64,000 nucleotides of DNA from Phoronis australis. Taxonomy: Eukaryota; Animalia; Phoronida. The stretch spans positions 749,402 to 813,401 of the forward strand of contig NMRA01000143.1 of assembly GCA_002633005.1 (NCBI GenBank), in the 5' to 3' direction. Below, in pieces: positions 24,201-39,200 of this stretch. Positions within the stretch are counted from its first letter, which is position 1, and every line of letters starts with the position of its first letter. The notes below the pieces were generated by a model, which ran no database searches, had not been told where the DNA came from, and saw only the letters and a program-made list of their open reading frames with translations. A program made the translations under genes and the position numbers.

Positions 24201-27200
24201 TAATCGGACCAACTTAATGGCGAAAGCATCCATGAACGTAAGCAACCGGAAACACTTGATTTCCCATACCTAAACGATAGAATGATAACAATTCCGATGG
24301 GACATTTTCAGACTGCTTAGGCAGTGATTCGTTTGTAACCCACTGACCCTGTTTTACGACAGTAAGTAATCAGTCTCTGACAGTAATCAATATTCAACCA
24401 ATTACACATCTTCGACGCACTTAATCTAGTAAGGCCTTAGTGCATTTGACAACGGCCAACTTAAAATGTTACCGGTGGCTGTTATGTCAGTAGATATTTT
24501 GTTTTAATCTGTCGGTTTATGTTTGACACGGAACCAAATACAGACACGAGTTTCCGCCAGTGTACTAAAACCGACCTAAGGAATGGCAAAAATTTCATAG
24601 CTAAACGATGCAGCGGTGACAAAATGACAGAATACTCAAGGATTTGATGTCAAAAAGATAGACATTATCTACGAGGATATGAAATGAATCAATCTACCCC
24701 GTTAGGGGCGCTTAGGACTCCCCAAGCACCGATGAGTTCGGAGGTGGGGCGTACTGGCTCCTGTTCTCCACCACGGGGCACGAGACTATAATTTTGCCGG
24801 CTTGCAGCAGGAAAAGTAGAATCCACCCAGCTAGAGAGTGGACTCGAAAAAAGGGACTCATTCGTAGTAAGCTTTTCCATAAAAAACGACAATACGATTT
24901 CTTAGAATTTTCTTTCAGAAGCACCAACCTCTCGCTGGATTCCTCGTCACACCAGACTCGTATGTTGGGATTCTTGGACACTCATACAATTTACCCATTG
25001 AGGATTACGAAGAACGATATTTAAAAATATCATATGTGTATAATATTAAAATAAACCTTCTGCAGAATTTTGTTTTTGAAAATAGAACTCATTTGTAGAG
25101 TTTCAAACTTCACAAGTGACAAAGTGTAGTGCATTAAATCATACACGACACATCTTTGTAGGGTATTTGATCAGAAAGGGTACCCGTTCGAAGGGAAATT
25201 GGCCATGAAAAAGTCACAAATCTGATGGGGACGGGGCAAAGGAGCGGGGGAGGAGGCACGTCCCGCATAGGGACGACGATGGGAAACCAGCAACCAATAT
25301 TTAACAATAGCGTTCTTTATGCTTTAAGTTTTGTTATTTATTACATGAAATATTTATTTTTCTTAGACTTACAGTGTACAGAATTGTCGTAATTTCTAGC
25401 GGTATGTCGTATTGTGATATTGCTTTATAGCCAACCGATGATAAATAAATCAACCTCGTACATGTATATCTCTTCTAAAAAAGAGTGTCCCACTGTTCCC
25501 AACCATGATCCGTGTCTAGTGTCGCCTGAGCAAGTATCAAAGTCAAACAATAATCTACCCTACATTCGTTTCAAAATTGTGGTGACATCCAATCATTAAA
25601 TTAATAACATTTTATTCCTAGATTCAGTACTTTTGGTTTACAGTTGTTTCGTTTATATCGTGAAATCAGTGCGTTTCATGCCACCTCTAGAAGTAGGCAC
25701 ATATAAAACATGCGGTTAAATTACGACAGGAAGTAAACAAACTGAAATTGGAATTGTTCGACAAAGTTGATCAAGTTCAAACCACGAAACACGCACCTCC
25801 AGTGATCATTGTCTGCGTTCTCAGGTGGTAAGAGGAAATGAGTAAGAGATTAAACGGCTGAATGGGACATACTTACGGGAGAAACAGAAGAGGTATGTGT
25901 GACTTTTTAATAGAGCTGACCACGGCACGAAGCTGTTTTGGTCGCCAACCCCCCGACATATGTAAACTGGGAACTATGATCAAAGCCGTTAAAAATGAAA
26001 CTAATGTGGTGCAGCGAAATTAAATAACACATGTCTTGACCATATCTCGAACCTCAATTAGGCGACAACGAGTGTAACATATACATCATCGTCGCTATGT
26101 CGAAGTCTTGGTATACATGTGGAAATATCTAATAACGGACAAGTCAAAACTATGCATTCATCAGTGGCGGACCTAGGATATCACAATGGGGGGCCCAACT
26201 TTTTGTCCGGCTGTAAGCATTTGCGCAAACTGAACCACGATTGTAGATGCGCATAGCACCGAAGTGGGGGGTGGTCGGGAGGGGGTTTGCCCCCCTCCCG
26301 CCCAAGAAATTTTCCTGTTTTTACCTCTAAAAATCAAGCATTTTCCTTGATTCCTGAAAACAACAGAGGCAAAAAAGAAAAAAAAAAAACGGAGAACGTG
26401 TCGAACAGAAAAAACTGCAAGAACCTGAGACTCGAACTCACGACCTGGCGGATAGAGCGCGCATGCGTTACCACTACACCACCACAACTTAACTACTAGT
26501 CTTTTCCTAAGAGACCTACATATTTATGGTCCAGAGCGTTTGCGCGCGAAACCTATTTATTTTTGTAATGCTTATTACACGTTTTGTATTTTGTGCCATC
26601 AATTCTTAACAAATTTGTATTTAAAATAGTCTTCAAATGCCCAAAAGACCAAATCCGTTTTTCGTGTTGGCAATAATGACGGGATTGCTTTGGAAATCGT
26701 CTTAAGATAAGGTTTGACAAAGAGAGTATTGCGAGTTTCTGAGTGATTCACTAAGGCTTCGATTAAAATTCACATCTTACCAGCAGCTTCTGTTTTTTCA
26801 TCGTCACTCAGGTTCCATTNNNNNNNNNNNNNNNNNNNNNNNNNNCATCGTCACTCAGGTTCCATTTTATTTAAAAAATGAAGTAAATTTTCTTCATTGC
26901 ATAGTGGAGCAGACGACGGAAACGGATTCGTAGTGCGCAGCGCCACTGCCGGTCGCCTGGGATATCGCGGGAGAGCCTATACTTAGCCATAGTTCCGTTA
27001 CGAATGCGCCGTGTTCCGAATTTGACACTTGAAATTGGATTTGAGTCCCCCCAACACTAAAACTGCACACATTTAAATCTTTTTTCATCCGTATAATTTT
27101 AATTACCGGGGTTAATTAATAAACTCAACATTTCCCTACGCTCTTACTGTTTTATTTTTTTGCGGCAGCCAAAAGGGGGGGGGGGGCGGGCCCCTGGGCC

Positions 27201-30200
27201 CCCCCTAAATCCGCCTATGCTCATATACATCTAGGACCAAAACGCGTCTTCGCTGAAATATTGACGTTGGATGGTGTTGTTTCTCAATGCAGTTAATTAC
27301 CGATAGATGGTGTCAGAACACAATCTGTCGGCACGTGCAAAAAGGGTCACGGATTGTTTCAGTTATTAGTGCAGATCTTCAAAGCACAAATTATGATAAA
27401 TTTTCCATGCGAGAATTTGCTCTTATGTCGGTTGCAACAAACTGACGTAACCCTCAAATTGCAGATGTCTCAAGAAGCGTTGCGTGATCCTGCGTTGTAG
27501 TGAGGATGTCACATCTGAGGAGCGCGCGACTGGCCTGAGCCGCGCTGTAAAAGAAAAGAGCGCCCACCACATAAACTTCCGCAAAAACCTCAATTTTCTT
27601 GAAAAGACACCATAGCACATTCAACCAATTCAGAAAAAAAATGCAGCTTGCAAATACAACCACAGATGATCCTGCAACGACCGTCAATCGCTAAAGAAAG
27701 CATGTAACAACACGCGGTAGTGCCTACCACCCTACCCCGCCGACAAGAACCGAGCGATTGCGCGCGTCACTGCACCACTGAAGTTAGTTTGACATAAGGT
27801 AACAATAGTCACGCGTTATTTTTGCTTACCTCAGCTGGATTTTTTGATAAGTTAACACTTAAAATGCAGCGGCGGATCCAGGATTTTGAGTCAGGTGGGG
27901 CAGGGCACAGGAATAACCAGAATTTCGCCACATGCGCGCACCCAGCCTAAAATGTAGGGATGCAGCGGTCTCGAATTTTTGGGTTTGTGGACCTTTTTAC
28001 TAAAAATAAAAAAAAATAAAAAACACCCCAAGAGCCCTGGGTGCGTGCATATGCTAGTCAGCAATTTGCACCCCGAATTACCAAATGGTTTCTGGGAGAA
28101 TTTTAGGCGAGCCATGGCCCCCTTGGCCCCCTTAAATCCGCCACAGAAATGTGCTGCAAAATTGCACCCGTTTGCAGAAAAACACAGACCAGAACCAGTT
28201 ATGAATGTGGCTTTATGTTCGGTCACTGACTGAAACTTGAGTAAATTGAAACGAACAAGATTACAACAAACGCTCACGCGCGCATGATGCAACTGCAGTG
28301 GATAACGATAAAAACACCACCAACGTTTGCTTGAAGGATATTTTTGACAAAACTTAACATCTCCACTATTCGTCTGATTACAATAAATTCCGTTGACGTT
28401 ACTGTGAATGGAATGAACGTGTCAGTGCCTAAGGACGTCATTTGATCAGTTTAACATGTCTTGCTTCTTAGAAATTGTTTTTATATTTTTAACTGTAAAA
28501 AGGAGCAGCGGCATACACGACCTCTCGTATTTACATGTATTGAAAATGGTGCGCTTTGAAACAACATTTATAGTTGCTAATAATTTAAGTGATTTTATCG
28601 TTTAGCTGCCTCAACCATTAAACCGTGATGATCAATGAAAGTTATGACAGTCGTTTAGTCTGGAATATACACCTGTACCTACATGTAATTAAACTATGTT
28701 GTGAAACCTGAGTGCTTGTTTGGCCTTAAGTACATGTACAATGAATGTGTGCGAATTTAGAGTTTGATTTTTTCCGTTGATGACATATTTTCAGACCATC
28801 TGTTGTTCTCGAATCCAAAGTTTATATTGTACATGTTGCCGTGTCCTGCTGATTAAATAAATACACATCGCATTGTCGCCTAGTAGGATAATTGTGTCCT
28901 TCCTTTACTAAGTGTCATGGGTTCGATGCTACTGGGGCACACTACCAGACCCTTGAGTCAAGTTTCTAGCTGCTCAGCTCAGTTCTGACTACAGCATGTT
29001 AACAAAGCATTAAGATGATTCCAGGCGATTAGTGCATTGGGACCACCTGAGCGACCCGCACACGTCTGGTAGAACGCGTACCAGACGGCATGCAAACATT
29101 TTATTAAACGTAATAGGTACAACATATGGTTTGGGTTGACTATTAAACATACAGCTGTAAACATGGGCGACGCAGCACTGAAAAAGGTGGGGGCTACAGC
29201 CCCCAGCCCCCGTGGGGAGGGGAGGAGAAGTTGAAGGGGGAGGGGGAGAGAGAGGGGAAGTTGGAGNGAGGGGCAGGGTGGAGGGGGATTTCCTGAAGAC
29301 GCAACCTCGTAATCTGACTGAGTACACTAGAAATTTCATTGAAGGCGAAGCAGAATTATTACCACAAGCAGTAAGTAGATGGACATTGTTATACCAGCCA
29401 CAACAACATCAGAGCTTAAACAACTCAAGCGCTCTGCTATGATACGTGGCATCCTTTATACATGTATACCAGTTCAAATACTGCCATGCCGTGAAAAGAC
29501 CGCCAACAATTCACTGTCTCCCCACGATAGTAGTTCCATCCTGCGGCGCCAAAAGAATGAATCGTGAGACCACCGGCAGTTATATGCACGAAACAATTTG
29601 ATAACTTGTTTATTTAAACACTGTTGACACTGTTCAAATAATTTCTCATGGTGCTCATTCTCTATCACAATGCAAAATGTTTGTGTGTTTCATTGACGTA
29701 TTTAAAATTCCGTTTAAGTAGAGACTGAAAGGAATTGTCCTCTTCCTCTCATTCGCTGAAACAAGTTGAGAATTACTAAGCCTGTGTACACTTCCGTATA
29801 GACCCAATTCACGCCGACAGGAGACGAGTTCCAAAACGAGGCTCGCTACGATAGGTGGCATTGAATAGTTAGGCTGCGGCCGCGGCCAATTTGCACTGCC
29901 AAAGTATTAAAATTTTGGGGTAGGCCAAGTTTGGGGGCATTTTGTAGGTGAGCATTGCACGTAGGCTCAGTGAATGTGGTTTGTTTGTATTTGTGAACAT
30001 GCTGTGAATAAAAAAGGCCACTTTCTTGGCTGTAGCTGCACTCTTCTTCAAGATGGCGGCCCCCGGCTGCAATTGTGCATTGTTGGGTAGCGACCGAGAA
30101 ATTGGCTGTGATTTTAGGTAGCCCTCAAACAAGCAAGAATTGCCAAAAAACTAGTTGGTTGACAGTACTTTTGGACCACATTTTCGGAATCGGTAGGAAA

Positions 30201-33200
30201 TTTGCTTTCAGACTCTAATGTTGGCTTTAGTCGTGCATCGGCAGGGAAGTGGTGTTTTTTGAGGTGAAAAGTGCCAATTTTGCATTTTTTTTGCCCTTAT
30301 TTTTCTTAGTCTAGCTTGGTTTTCAGTGGGAATGAAAGGGTCAAAAATACAAAAGAGAATAAAGTTTCTGTGCTCATCTGCAGGGCTTTTTATGTGAAAT
30401 AATTGAAAACATGTCATTCTTTGCATCCTCTTTTTGACAGAGTGAAGAAAAGGTGACAAATCAAGCGATGTGTGTTTTGCTGGCCAAAACCCAGTGAGAA
30501 CTGTTCTGTGCCTCTGTTAGTTTATCGGCATAGCTGTGTATTTCAGTCCGCGTTGCTCCGCGAACACGGCTAGAAAAAATACGGCCACTAAACTGTCTGC
30601 TTTACATGTACAATCCCTAAAGACCAAGCAAAATATGTCCGTGTAAAATTTATAATTGTTTTCGAAAAGTTAGATCATATTTTGTCGCATCTCGGTTGCC
30701 AAGCATCATAGTAACGACCGGAGAATGGGCCAGGCAGGCTTTGTTTTCATGACTACGGGTTGAAACATTATAATTTCTCTTTCCAAAAAGGACAGGGCCC
30801 TCAATCCCTCGAATTTGGATCCCAATATCGGGACTATTCCCCTCTCAAAAATATTGAAATATCACGCGAAGTGAAATTCCCCCCACGAGGCATACAAATT
30901 CCCCTAGGGAAAAATCTCTCACATCACCTGTAACCACACAAGTGCCAATTTTTAAGAGCACAAAAGGCTATATAAGTTGAGACAGAGCCTATGAGAGCTT
31001 GCAACAGGGCGGGGTGCTATTGATGATGATCGGGAGGTAAATTGTTCCCGCCCTCACTCGGCGAAAAAATCGCCTCTCAGTAGGCACTGGCACCTTTCCC
31101 ATCGGATGAACGAGGCTCCTGGAGAAACATGACGGATAACTATGATTGCTTTGTCCAGTTAACTGAAATTGAGTTCTAAAACGAGGTTATGCTTTGGACG
31201 AACGAATTAGGTGTTTTAATTTTAAAATTCAACTTGGTCCAGATTGATATTTGAAACCTAAGGGCACATGAAATAGACGTAAGAATTATTATAAACAAGA
31301 AAGCAGAATTGATGGTCAAATGATTTTTTATTTTCAATTACGAGCCTGGTTTTTTATTTTAACTGAAAACAAATATATTTAATAACATCAATTATTCTTT
31401 CAGATCAATGAGAAATCAACTGTTAGTCCCGGTGAGTGCATAGGATCAGGCTATGCTTGATATTAATATTCTTGAGCAACAAATTAAACCAGATGTGACT
31501 AATTGCATATGACAGCCACGACTGTCGAATATGTCTTCAACTCGTCAACAATACGAGCAGATGACCTGGTTCGCGTAGAAAGTATTTTGATCAACAATTT
31601 ACAAGAAAAAACGTAGCCCTGCATTCAGCATAATACATGTACCTAATCCGTAACACTACGATCGCCGCAATTTGGTCATATTTACTTTTCATGTTTCGAA
31701 CCTAGTTTTCCGAAAAAATTAAACCCTTTCGTCAGACAACTCTTTGGCGCCTTAACTTGTTCTCTAATGTAATTTTCTACGTCTCTGTGGTTTATTGTCG
31801 ACACATTATTAAAATTTAATATCCAGGTTGGACTCGAAAGACTGGCTATTTAACTCACGCAATTTCAACTTCCGCTTTGATTATCGCAGTGAGCCTCGCT
31901 TTGGATTTTAATGTCCGCCGCGTGAATTGGGTCTATGATGCCTGTCGAATGCTCGACAACTAGCAAGTGCATCATGGGTAGGTCTAACCTGTGGTTTTTA
32001 ATTCTACTCTTCGTTTCTCATCTTTGTTGCTGCCCAAAGATTTTCAATCTCAGAATGTTTGCTTCAGATTTTCACCATCATGATGACCCGATTGGCTTAG
32101 ATCGTGTGAAATTAGATAACAGTTGCCGTATCTAAAATCTTTCGATCGATAGCACTCAGGCCGGCTCGGACTTTTAGTAGAAATAGTCATGAATATATTT
32201 TCATCGTACTATAATTATTGGCATACACATGACAGTCGAATGACCTTTGGTCTACATTTAATCCACTATCATTTTGAAACACGATTTTGTTTCAAAGGAG
32301 AACGTTACTTTTTGCTTTGCGTCTACGAGCAGTAACTTTAGTGTTAGGAAACTTCTAATTGCTCACTGACGCAATGCATGGTGGGAGCATTTGTTTAGCT
32401 TGGGAAACGTCCTTCGTTTTAGTTTGAAGTTCACAAATTCGTGCCACGTGTGTTTAACAAGGAGAAAGTGGAAGAGATGAGTGGTTTATAGCAAACGGAG
32501 TCAATAATTACGGTAAAAGAACGGCTTTAATTACAAGGCCTCTATCACCAAATGTCTCCGTGTTATCGGTCAAAGATAACGTTCTCGCCAAAATTACACA
32601 ATTTTACTGGGTATTAATTAAACCCGTAGCCAAATCATAATGAACAGAACGTAAAAGAAGAATTGTTTCATAGAATCAATGTATATTGTGCGACCGATGC
32701 CTGATTTGTGAGACAGAAACAGTCCAAAGTACAGTAGGCCCACTGTAAGTGGGACATGAACAGTCCTTCAACTACAGCAGGCCTACTGTTAATGCAACAA
32801 AAACAGTTTCTTCCGCGTACGTGTACAGTAGGCCCCCTGTGTATGCGGGACAAACATACCCTTCCACGTACAGCAGGCCTACTGTAAATTATCTTATCGA
32901 GCGTTTCTCTCAAACAAAAATCTGCGAGAATCAAATATTCGCATTTGTATTTGGCAACGGATGTAAATGAATTACTTTGAAAGAGGAGTTCTGCGATAAG
33001 CGAAATTAAATCTATTATGAAGAGTCAGTTGACAAGATTCAGTAAACTGACGTGCGCAAATCGAGCGTGTGCATAAATGAACTCTGTAGATGGTAAACGG
33101 AATAAAGCTGTCACATGACTGAAACAACAGAGGCTATCTAACATTGGAGCCAGAAGCAGCCGAATATCCCAAATGACTCATGTCCACATAAGAAACATAG

Positions 33201-36200
33201 AGGTTGGACACCAAAGAGTGGCCGAGCCTAAGCTCCGAACTTCAATAATCACAAATCCAAATAAAATCTGCGTGCACCCGGCTTCCGATGCCATTAACTT
33301 GTCTTTGTGAATAGTGAATTGGCGACGGCATTTCCAAATCGGAATTTTTCGGGAGCGCTCGTCAAAAATTCGAATATATGTGGAAGCCGTTTGCCATAAC
33401 ATCACGAAATAGCCTGCTTGAATTTGTGGTTTAGGTGTTTTTTGAGATTTTTGTTGTTAAGTCGCCACTCCAGGGAAGTTATTCACAGATTTTGTACGAT
33501 TCTGAAATCGTGGAGTTCCAGAACATTCTGAGCATACTGGTTTCAGTGCCCAACCTTTATGTTTTATTATAGTGAGAGTTAATGCCAGTGGTGAATACGA
33601 GGAAGAGATACACTCCAGGGCCTGCGAATTGAACGGTGGGGGGAGGGGTTCGTTTTGCTTCTTGGCTTGGGAGAATTTTGTCTCTGGGACTTTGTTCTCT
33701 CCGGTGTCGCCTCGGGTGAGTATTTTGCCCCCTCGGATACCCACATTTGGCTGTTGTATGGGGTTCTCAATTGACAAATTTTAGCAAACCCTTGTGGAAA
33801 ATTCGTTACAGGCTTTCCCATTCAAATTTCACTACATTGTTTAGGGTATCAATATAACTCATAAAAATGCTGTATATAGGCTAATACGGTGTTATACACA
33901 AGTCAATTCGCTCAGGCAGGTTACACAATAGAGGTTGGAAAAAAAGACAAAAGAACCACAGTTGCAGTGCCCGTTTAATTCTCTTTTCTAGTGTTGTAGT
34001 GGACCGATTTTTGCTGCATCAAGTTGTGAAAAGTTCAGCTTTCTTGCAATGCACAGTGCCATGGGCGGGAAGGAATAATGCCATGAACAGGCACTGGTTA
34101 CCACTGCCATGTGTTTAAAACAACATGTAGTGTCCTCTCTTGCATTTTTGGAATAAAGCTCCCCAGGCCTAGACTGCAAAACGCAAGGTCTTTTAGTTGA
34201 CGACGACGACGGCAGGTACAGTGTACCAGCAAGTTTGTTGGCGTGGTCACGACAAGAAGTCTGAGGTGAATGGATGAAGTTGAACCAATCTCGTAAGCCT
34301 AACATTTCACCAACATGCCACGTCACAACACGTCACGCCAAAAACTAACGGGTCAATTGGTTTCGCTTTCAACCCGCAGGATTATTTTTTAAACAAAGTC
34401 GATTTTAACAACTTTCTGAATCTTTGTAACAGGTTAACAACGTAACTCAGCACTAATGTGTTATACAATACGCAAAGTTACTCAAACACAAATAGCAACA
34501 TGATTAGTTTCGTTGTCGCCGACAGGATTGATTTTTAAAACAGGTTAGATGTTTGAAGACAAGGAAAAGAATCTGCGAAACAGGATTGATTCTGGGGGGA
34601 TCACTCGTATTGACAAGGTGCCCGCGGGCGTTTACCAAAAATTGGTCAGTGAGAAACTCCCTATTGCGGGTGCCTGGTCTGCCAATTCCCACCCCCTTGT
34701 GCGGGGTATTTTTTCTGCTCCATCCCTACATCTGCCGTGACTCATATTTTCAAAAGCAGACATTATATATGGGAAGTGCTCACATTTTGACCTCCAAGGC
34801 CAAAAGAACCCACCGCAAATACCAGAACTTGATTCCATTAGACCACTTTTGAGTAGTCACGGCAGTTGTTCGATTCTCGCTCATTTCCGGAATTCTTATG
34901 GTCGTTGTACTTATTTGTCTAAATATAATAACGCGAATCTATAGTGATGCCTATTGCGGGTAGGACGACGGCCAGTGCGCATTTTGCGGGGCTGAGGCCA
35001 ATCCAGTGGGCCTTTTGCGGTGACGAAATGAAAATTTAGGGGCCTATTGGACCCTGAACGGGTGAACTTGATGAAAAAGTACCGCCTACCCGCACTTTTT
35101 GGTACAGACCTGCGGGCAGCTTGTCAATATGAGTGACCCCCGGAGTTTAATTAGCACTGAATTCACGCAACGGAATATTAAAAAACAACATATATATGTA
35201 CAAACGTTTAAAAGCGCCGAATGTATTGAACACGATTGAATGGACAAACTAGCGTTGAATTTATATCACGTGATTGAGTTTTATTTAAATATTTTACACT
35301 TTCCGCTGCCTGTGGGTTTTGCATAATAAGTTTTTGTCGGTCCTGCAGTGCTTCAGCTCTGGATTACATAATGCATGAAGCGGATTTCTGTGACATGTCC
35401 TATATCCAGCAGCCGTCCAGCTGAACACCACGGGTGGGTAATTACATTGGAAATAGTCAGAAAGTCGATTTTAGCCAAGACGTCGAAAGTTGTGTGATAA
35501 AGGTACTAGCAACCAATCAATCAGAAAGACTCCATTTAATCAACAAGGCATAATTCATAACTGGATAACACTGAAATAGTAAAAATCCATAACATAATAA
35601 CGACTGGAAACAAAATTAGCCATTATTAACAACACATCGTCAAGGTTGATTATATACTTGAATTTTCGTCCAGTTAAGTAAGAATTGCTTCGAGAGTATG
35701 AGAAATCTAGTTAAATTAAGCTTATTACCCGAGCATCGACCGATGGTTACGTGATTAAATAGTCTCAAGGTTTGGTGTAAAATGAACAGGCCATAGGTTA
35801 ACTGTTCGATATGTTACAATTAAAACAGTTCTCAAGTGAAGAACTCTCCAGCAAAAATGACCTGGCTTTCTTTTTCGATGGATTTCTCGCAAATCTTCCT
35901 AAAATCCAATCGCTATAACAAGCACTTAATAGTCTATTATATCCGCTAACTATTAATCGAACGGTATTTCTGCGCAGATTACTTTCATCAATTGGCGAGG
36001 TGCCGAGCAAATATGAACATATCAAGTAACAACTCGTTGTAATCGAGGGTTTCAGAGCTTGTGTAAGATGCCCTAAGAAGCACCACTCAATTATAGACGC
36101 CCACCTGGTCATCAACCACAGACAGCAGTACATGTACCTCTTTTCAGGTCCAGTGTATGCACGTATACATAAACTCATACGCATAAATGTGATGTATGTA

Positions 36201-39200
36201 CTGTATTGGTATTGTGAGATGCAGGTACTCGAAACAGCCAACAAAGCACGCGCCAATTGTGATTCAGAGAAATAACATTCCTCTCAAGTTCATAAAGTTG
36301 ACTTAGACATTTTACGATCTTTGGTCAGTTTGGAATGTCATAGAATGACAAGTAAAATGGTTCCCCAAAGCCCAAATCAGTCTGAAGCGGTTTAAAGCTA
36401 CTATATGAGCTGACTATCGAGGCCAAGCGAGGCCGACCCGTCACAGTGACAAAAGTGGCGGCAAGGCGTACTCGGATATATGGCGACCAACAAGGTGCCA
36501 CAGCCCACAACGAACAGTTTTACTTTAGATGTTTAAAACTGTTACAGACCAACGTGGATCCACCCTGAGGTATTTGGACAGTTGTGATACCTTCTTCGTT
36601 ACACCTTAGTGGAGTAGTAATGCTGTTGTCACTAACCAACCGCTGTAGTATTGCGGTACAGGCTACTGAATGTAACCGTAAAATGTAGACACAGTTTGTA
36701 TGATACAAGATTTCATATGCCGTCCGATCGGAAGGCAGGTTGGATGTGTGATCCGCAGTGAAAGAAATCATATTTGAACGCTCCTCAGGTGTTTGATCTG
36801 CCTTCTTTATCGCCCCCACAACCCAAAACCAGTTCAACATTGTCTCACGTCGACAAACTCTATCCAAAATCATGTGCTCTCGTCGTTAATACATGGCGAT
36901 AGCTCGCGAAATGTCGCGAGAGCTTGATGTTTCGGCAAAACACTAGCGTTAGTCTACTCTGGTAAGGTTCTTTTCTGCAAGGGTGATCTCACGTGACAGG
37001 TCAGTATAGTTGCATTGTTACACCCGGATGGCACTGAAAGGACGCATTCGTGTCGTAGAATTTAGAGCCAAGCCTGCCTTATGAGCAGACGTTCTATCTG
37101 CCTTACAGTAAAAACCTCATAATTGTCTAGATGACTACGCTATCCGGCTTGTAGTGAAAACAAACTTAATTCCACGAAATTTTCTTCATGCAAATATAAG
37201 TCATGTTATGACGCGCAATTTCCACGTCAGAGTTTGGATCAGAAACTTTAAGACATGCTTTTCATATGCCTATTTTGGCAAATCGTCTTCATTACCCAAT
37301 AACCTACCACGGTTTGTCAATTAAATATGTAGGTAATCGATTAATTGACAATCGGATCATGGCAGTGTGTCATAATTTTTGTAGAATCCGTCGTCTTTTA
37401 GTACAATTAACGTAAATTCGCGTCCACACCCATTTAGTTACTTGAAGACAAAACTGTGCAATTTCCTTTACGCTATTTAATATTTATTCCTTTTGTATTC
37501 TGAAAGTGCCGCAGACTGCAATCCCGAAGTAACTATATCAGCGTTAATAATGCGCCTAGAAGATCTCGTCGAGTATCTATCGAGAAACACATAGCATTGT
37601 CTGCTTTTGTTCAAATAGGTAAACCTACGCAACCACTTTAACAAAACGTTGTTGTGATCAAATATTTGAACAAATCCGTTATTAGTATTAAAACTAGACA
37701 AGATGTTAAACTAATTCATACTTTTTCAATATTATTCTACCACCTACAGTGTATCTAGATATCGTATTAATGTACACATCATTAAACTTTTTGATAGCCT
37801 TGAGATAAGGGACAAAGGTACATGTTTTTGGCAGGCGCGCATCCACTATTTGAAAAGTGGGCCAGTACGCATCATTTGCCTAAGAAAGAAACTCACAAAT
37901 ACGCAGAACACGCCTTTACCTACAATGTATCCACCTCCGCTTCACCGAAAGTGACACAGGTTGATTATATTGTTATATTTCAACAGGGTGTACCTGTACA
38001 TCTTCACGCAAGTGCGTTTTTGCATAGCATAGATGGTAGCTGCAAATGGAAATCCGTGATTTGTACTGATGGAACCGTTTACGTACTCACTTAACGTACA
38101 TGTATCTATTTTCCCCGTGCAATTCATGGAAATAAGAACATAATCCGCATATTCTACAAACTCACCTAAACCGACTGCATGGATGGATGATCCATTTGGC
38201 ACTGGCCTGTTGCCGCAATCGTTCTCTCCTGATTGCTTGCTCATTGCCAAACAGTTTCATTGCAAGCTTGTTGTCAGCTGGCTGGAAAAATGATGTCAAC
38301 TGCTCTTTGGCGTTTTTAATGACACTTTCATGACGGATTTGTTCCTGGTCAGGGCTAAGCTCATCTTTTGGGGTCCCGTAAAGGCTCGTGTCTTCTTCGT
38401 TGTTATGGTCAGCGGGTACACAAAGCCTTACGCTGGTTTGTGCGCTGTCCGTAGAATGCTTCTTCCGGCGGAAGCTCGGAAAACGAAAGGATCGCGTGCG
38501 CTGTACTCCTTTCCTGTTATTGGCTAACACATGATCACGTTCCGAACTATCTTGGCTCTCCTGGCGCAAAGGGAGTTCCTTTGGTAATTTGTTAGGTAAC
38601 GAATACAGACTGTTCACTAATGAGCCGGAGCGCGATTCAGCATTGCACGAGGTATATTCTTCTGATGTTGTGTTATCGTTCTGCTTAGTTGTGGACAGGA
38701 CGGAGTTGGGAGAATTGGGATATGTGCAGTACTCCTCCGAAGTCGTATCCGGTGACTGCGCGTCGGGTGAACGAACTATTTTCTCCTTCGTATCACGTGT
38801 AGAGCTTGGATGTTTTGCAAAGGACATTCGCATATTTGTATCAGAATTTCTTTTGTTGAAAGCTCTTTTTAGCGACGGTGTACTGAATCGCGGTCGCTGA
38901 ATATCTTTAAATGAAAAGAAAGATTGCGAATCTTCTGCCTTAGTCGAATCCCTAGTTTCGGCGATACTTTTGATGGACTCATGGCGAGAGCCATGTCGTC
39001 GACCACTGCCTTTCTGCACGTCATTCTCCAGTCTATGCAACTCGGGGTTGCTGCTGCTGACATGGGCCGCCTTCGCAGAGGCCAATCGCCGAATTAAAGG
39101 ACTCCGCAATGGGTTCGTCATTTTTGGGACATTTCCATTTTCTTTGGCCTGTAGTCCACCTCCTTTCGTAATCAGAGGACGCCTGATTTCCTCAAAGTTC

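Larger units (their letters stand above)
26162..27219. mobile_element. Long (~1.06 kb) member of the CAG.GGCGGA MITE family, containing a tRNA-like segment
   Basis: CAGTGGCGGA...TCCGCCTATG termini, flanks TTCAT/CTCAT (4/5 TSD match), G-run/CCCCCCTAAATCCGCC right end as in the short copies; spans an N gap. Confidence 0.6.

Noticed and set aside
26799-26866. 21-bp direct repeat as a TSD or att site
   Set aside because: It flanks an N gap and is best explained as a contig overlap.
29869-30500. Long transposon terminus (TAGGCTGCGGCC..., Academ-like)
   Set aside because: No partner TIR or second copy in the window, so it cannot be supported.
31690-31740. Minus-strand CTGACGA...GAAACATG hammerhead-like string (similar strings at 41625-41660 and 60400-60436)
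   Set aside because: Stem II or stem I does not pair properly, or core bases are missing; there is no NUH in register.
32729-32888. CRISPR-like array of palindromic repeats with spacers
   Set aside because: Eukaryotic intron, repeats only 16-19 bp, spacers resemble one another, and no cas genes.
35798-36873. 152-aa and 117-aa minus-strand ORFs in the large intron as a nested gene or alternative exons
   Set aside because: No recognisable homology, non-coding-like composition, and the HCN frame is complete without them.
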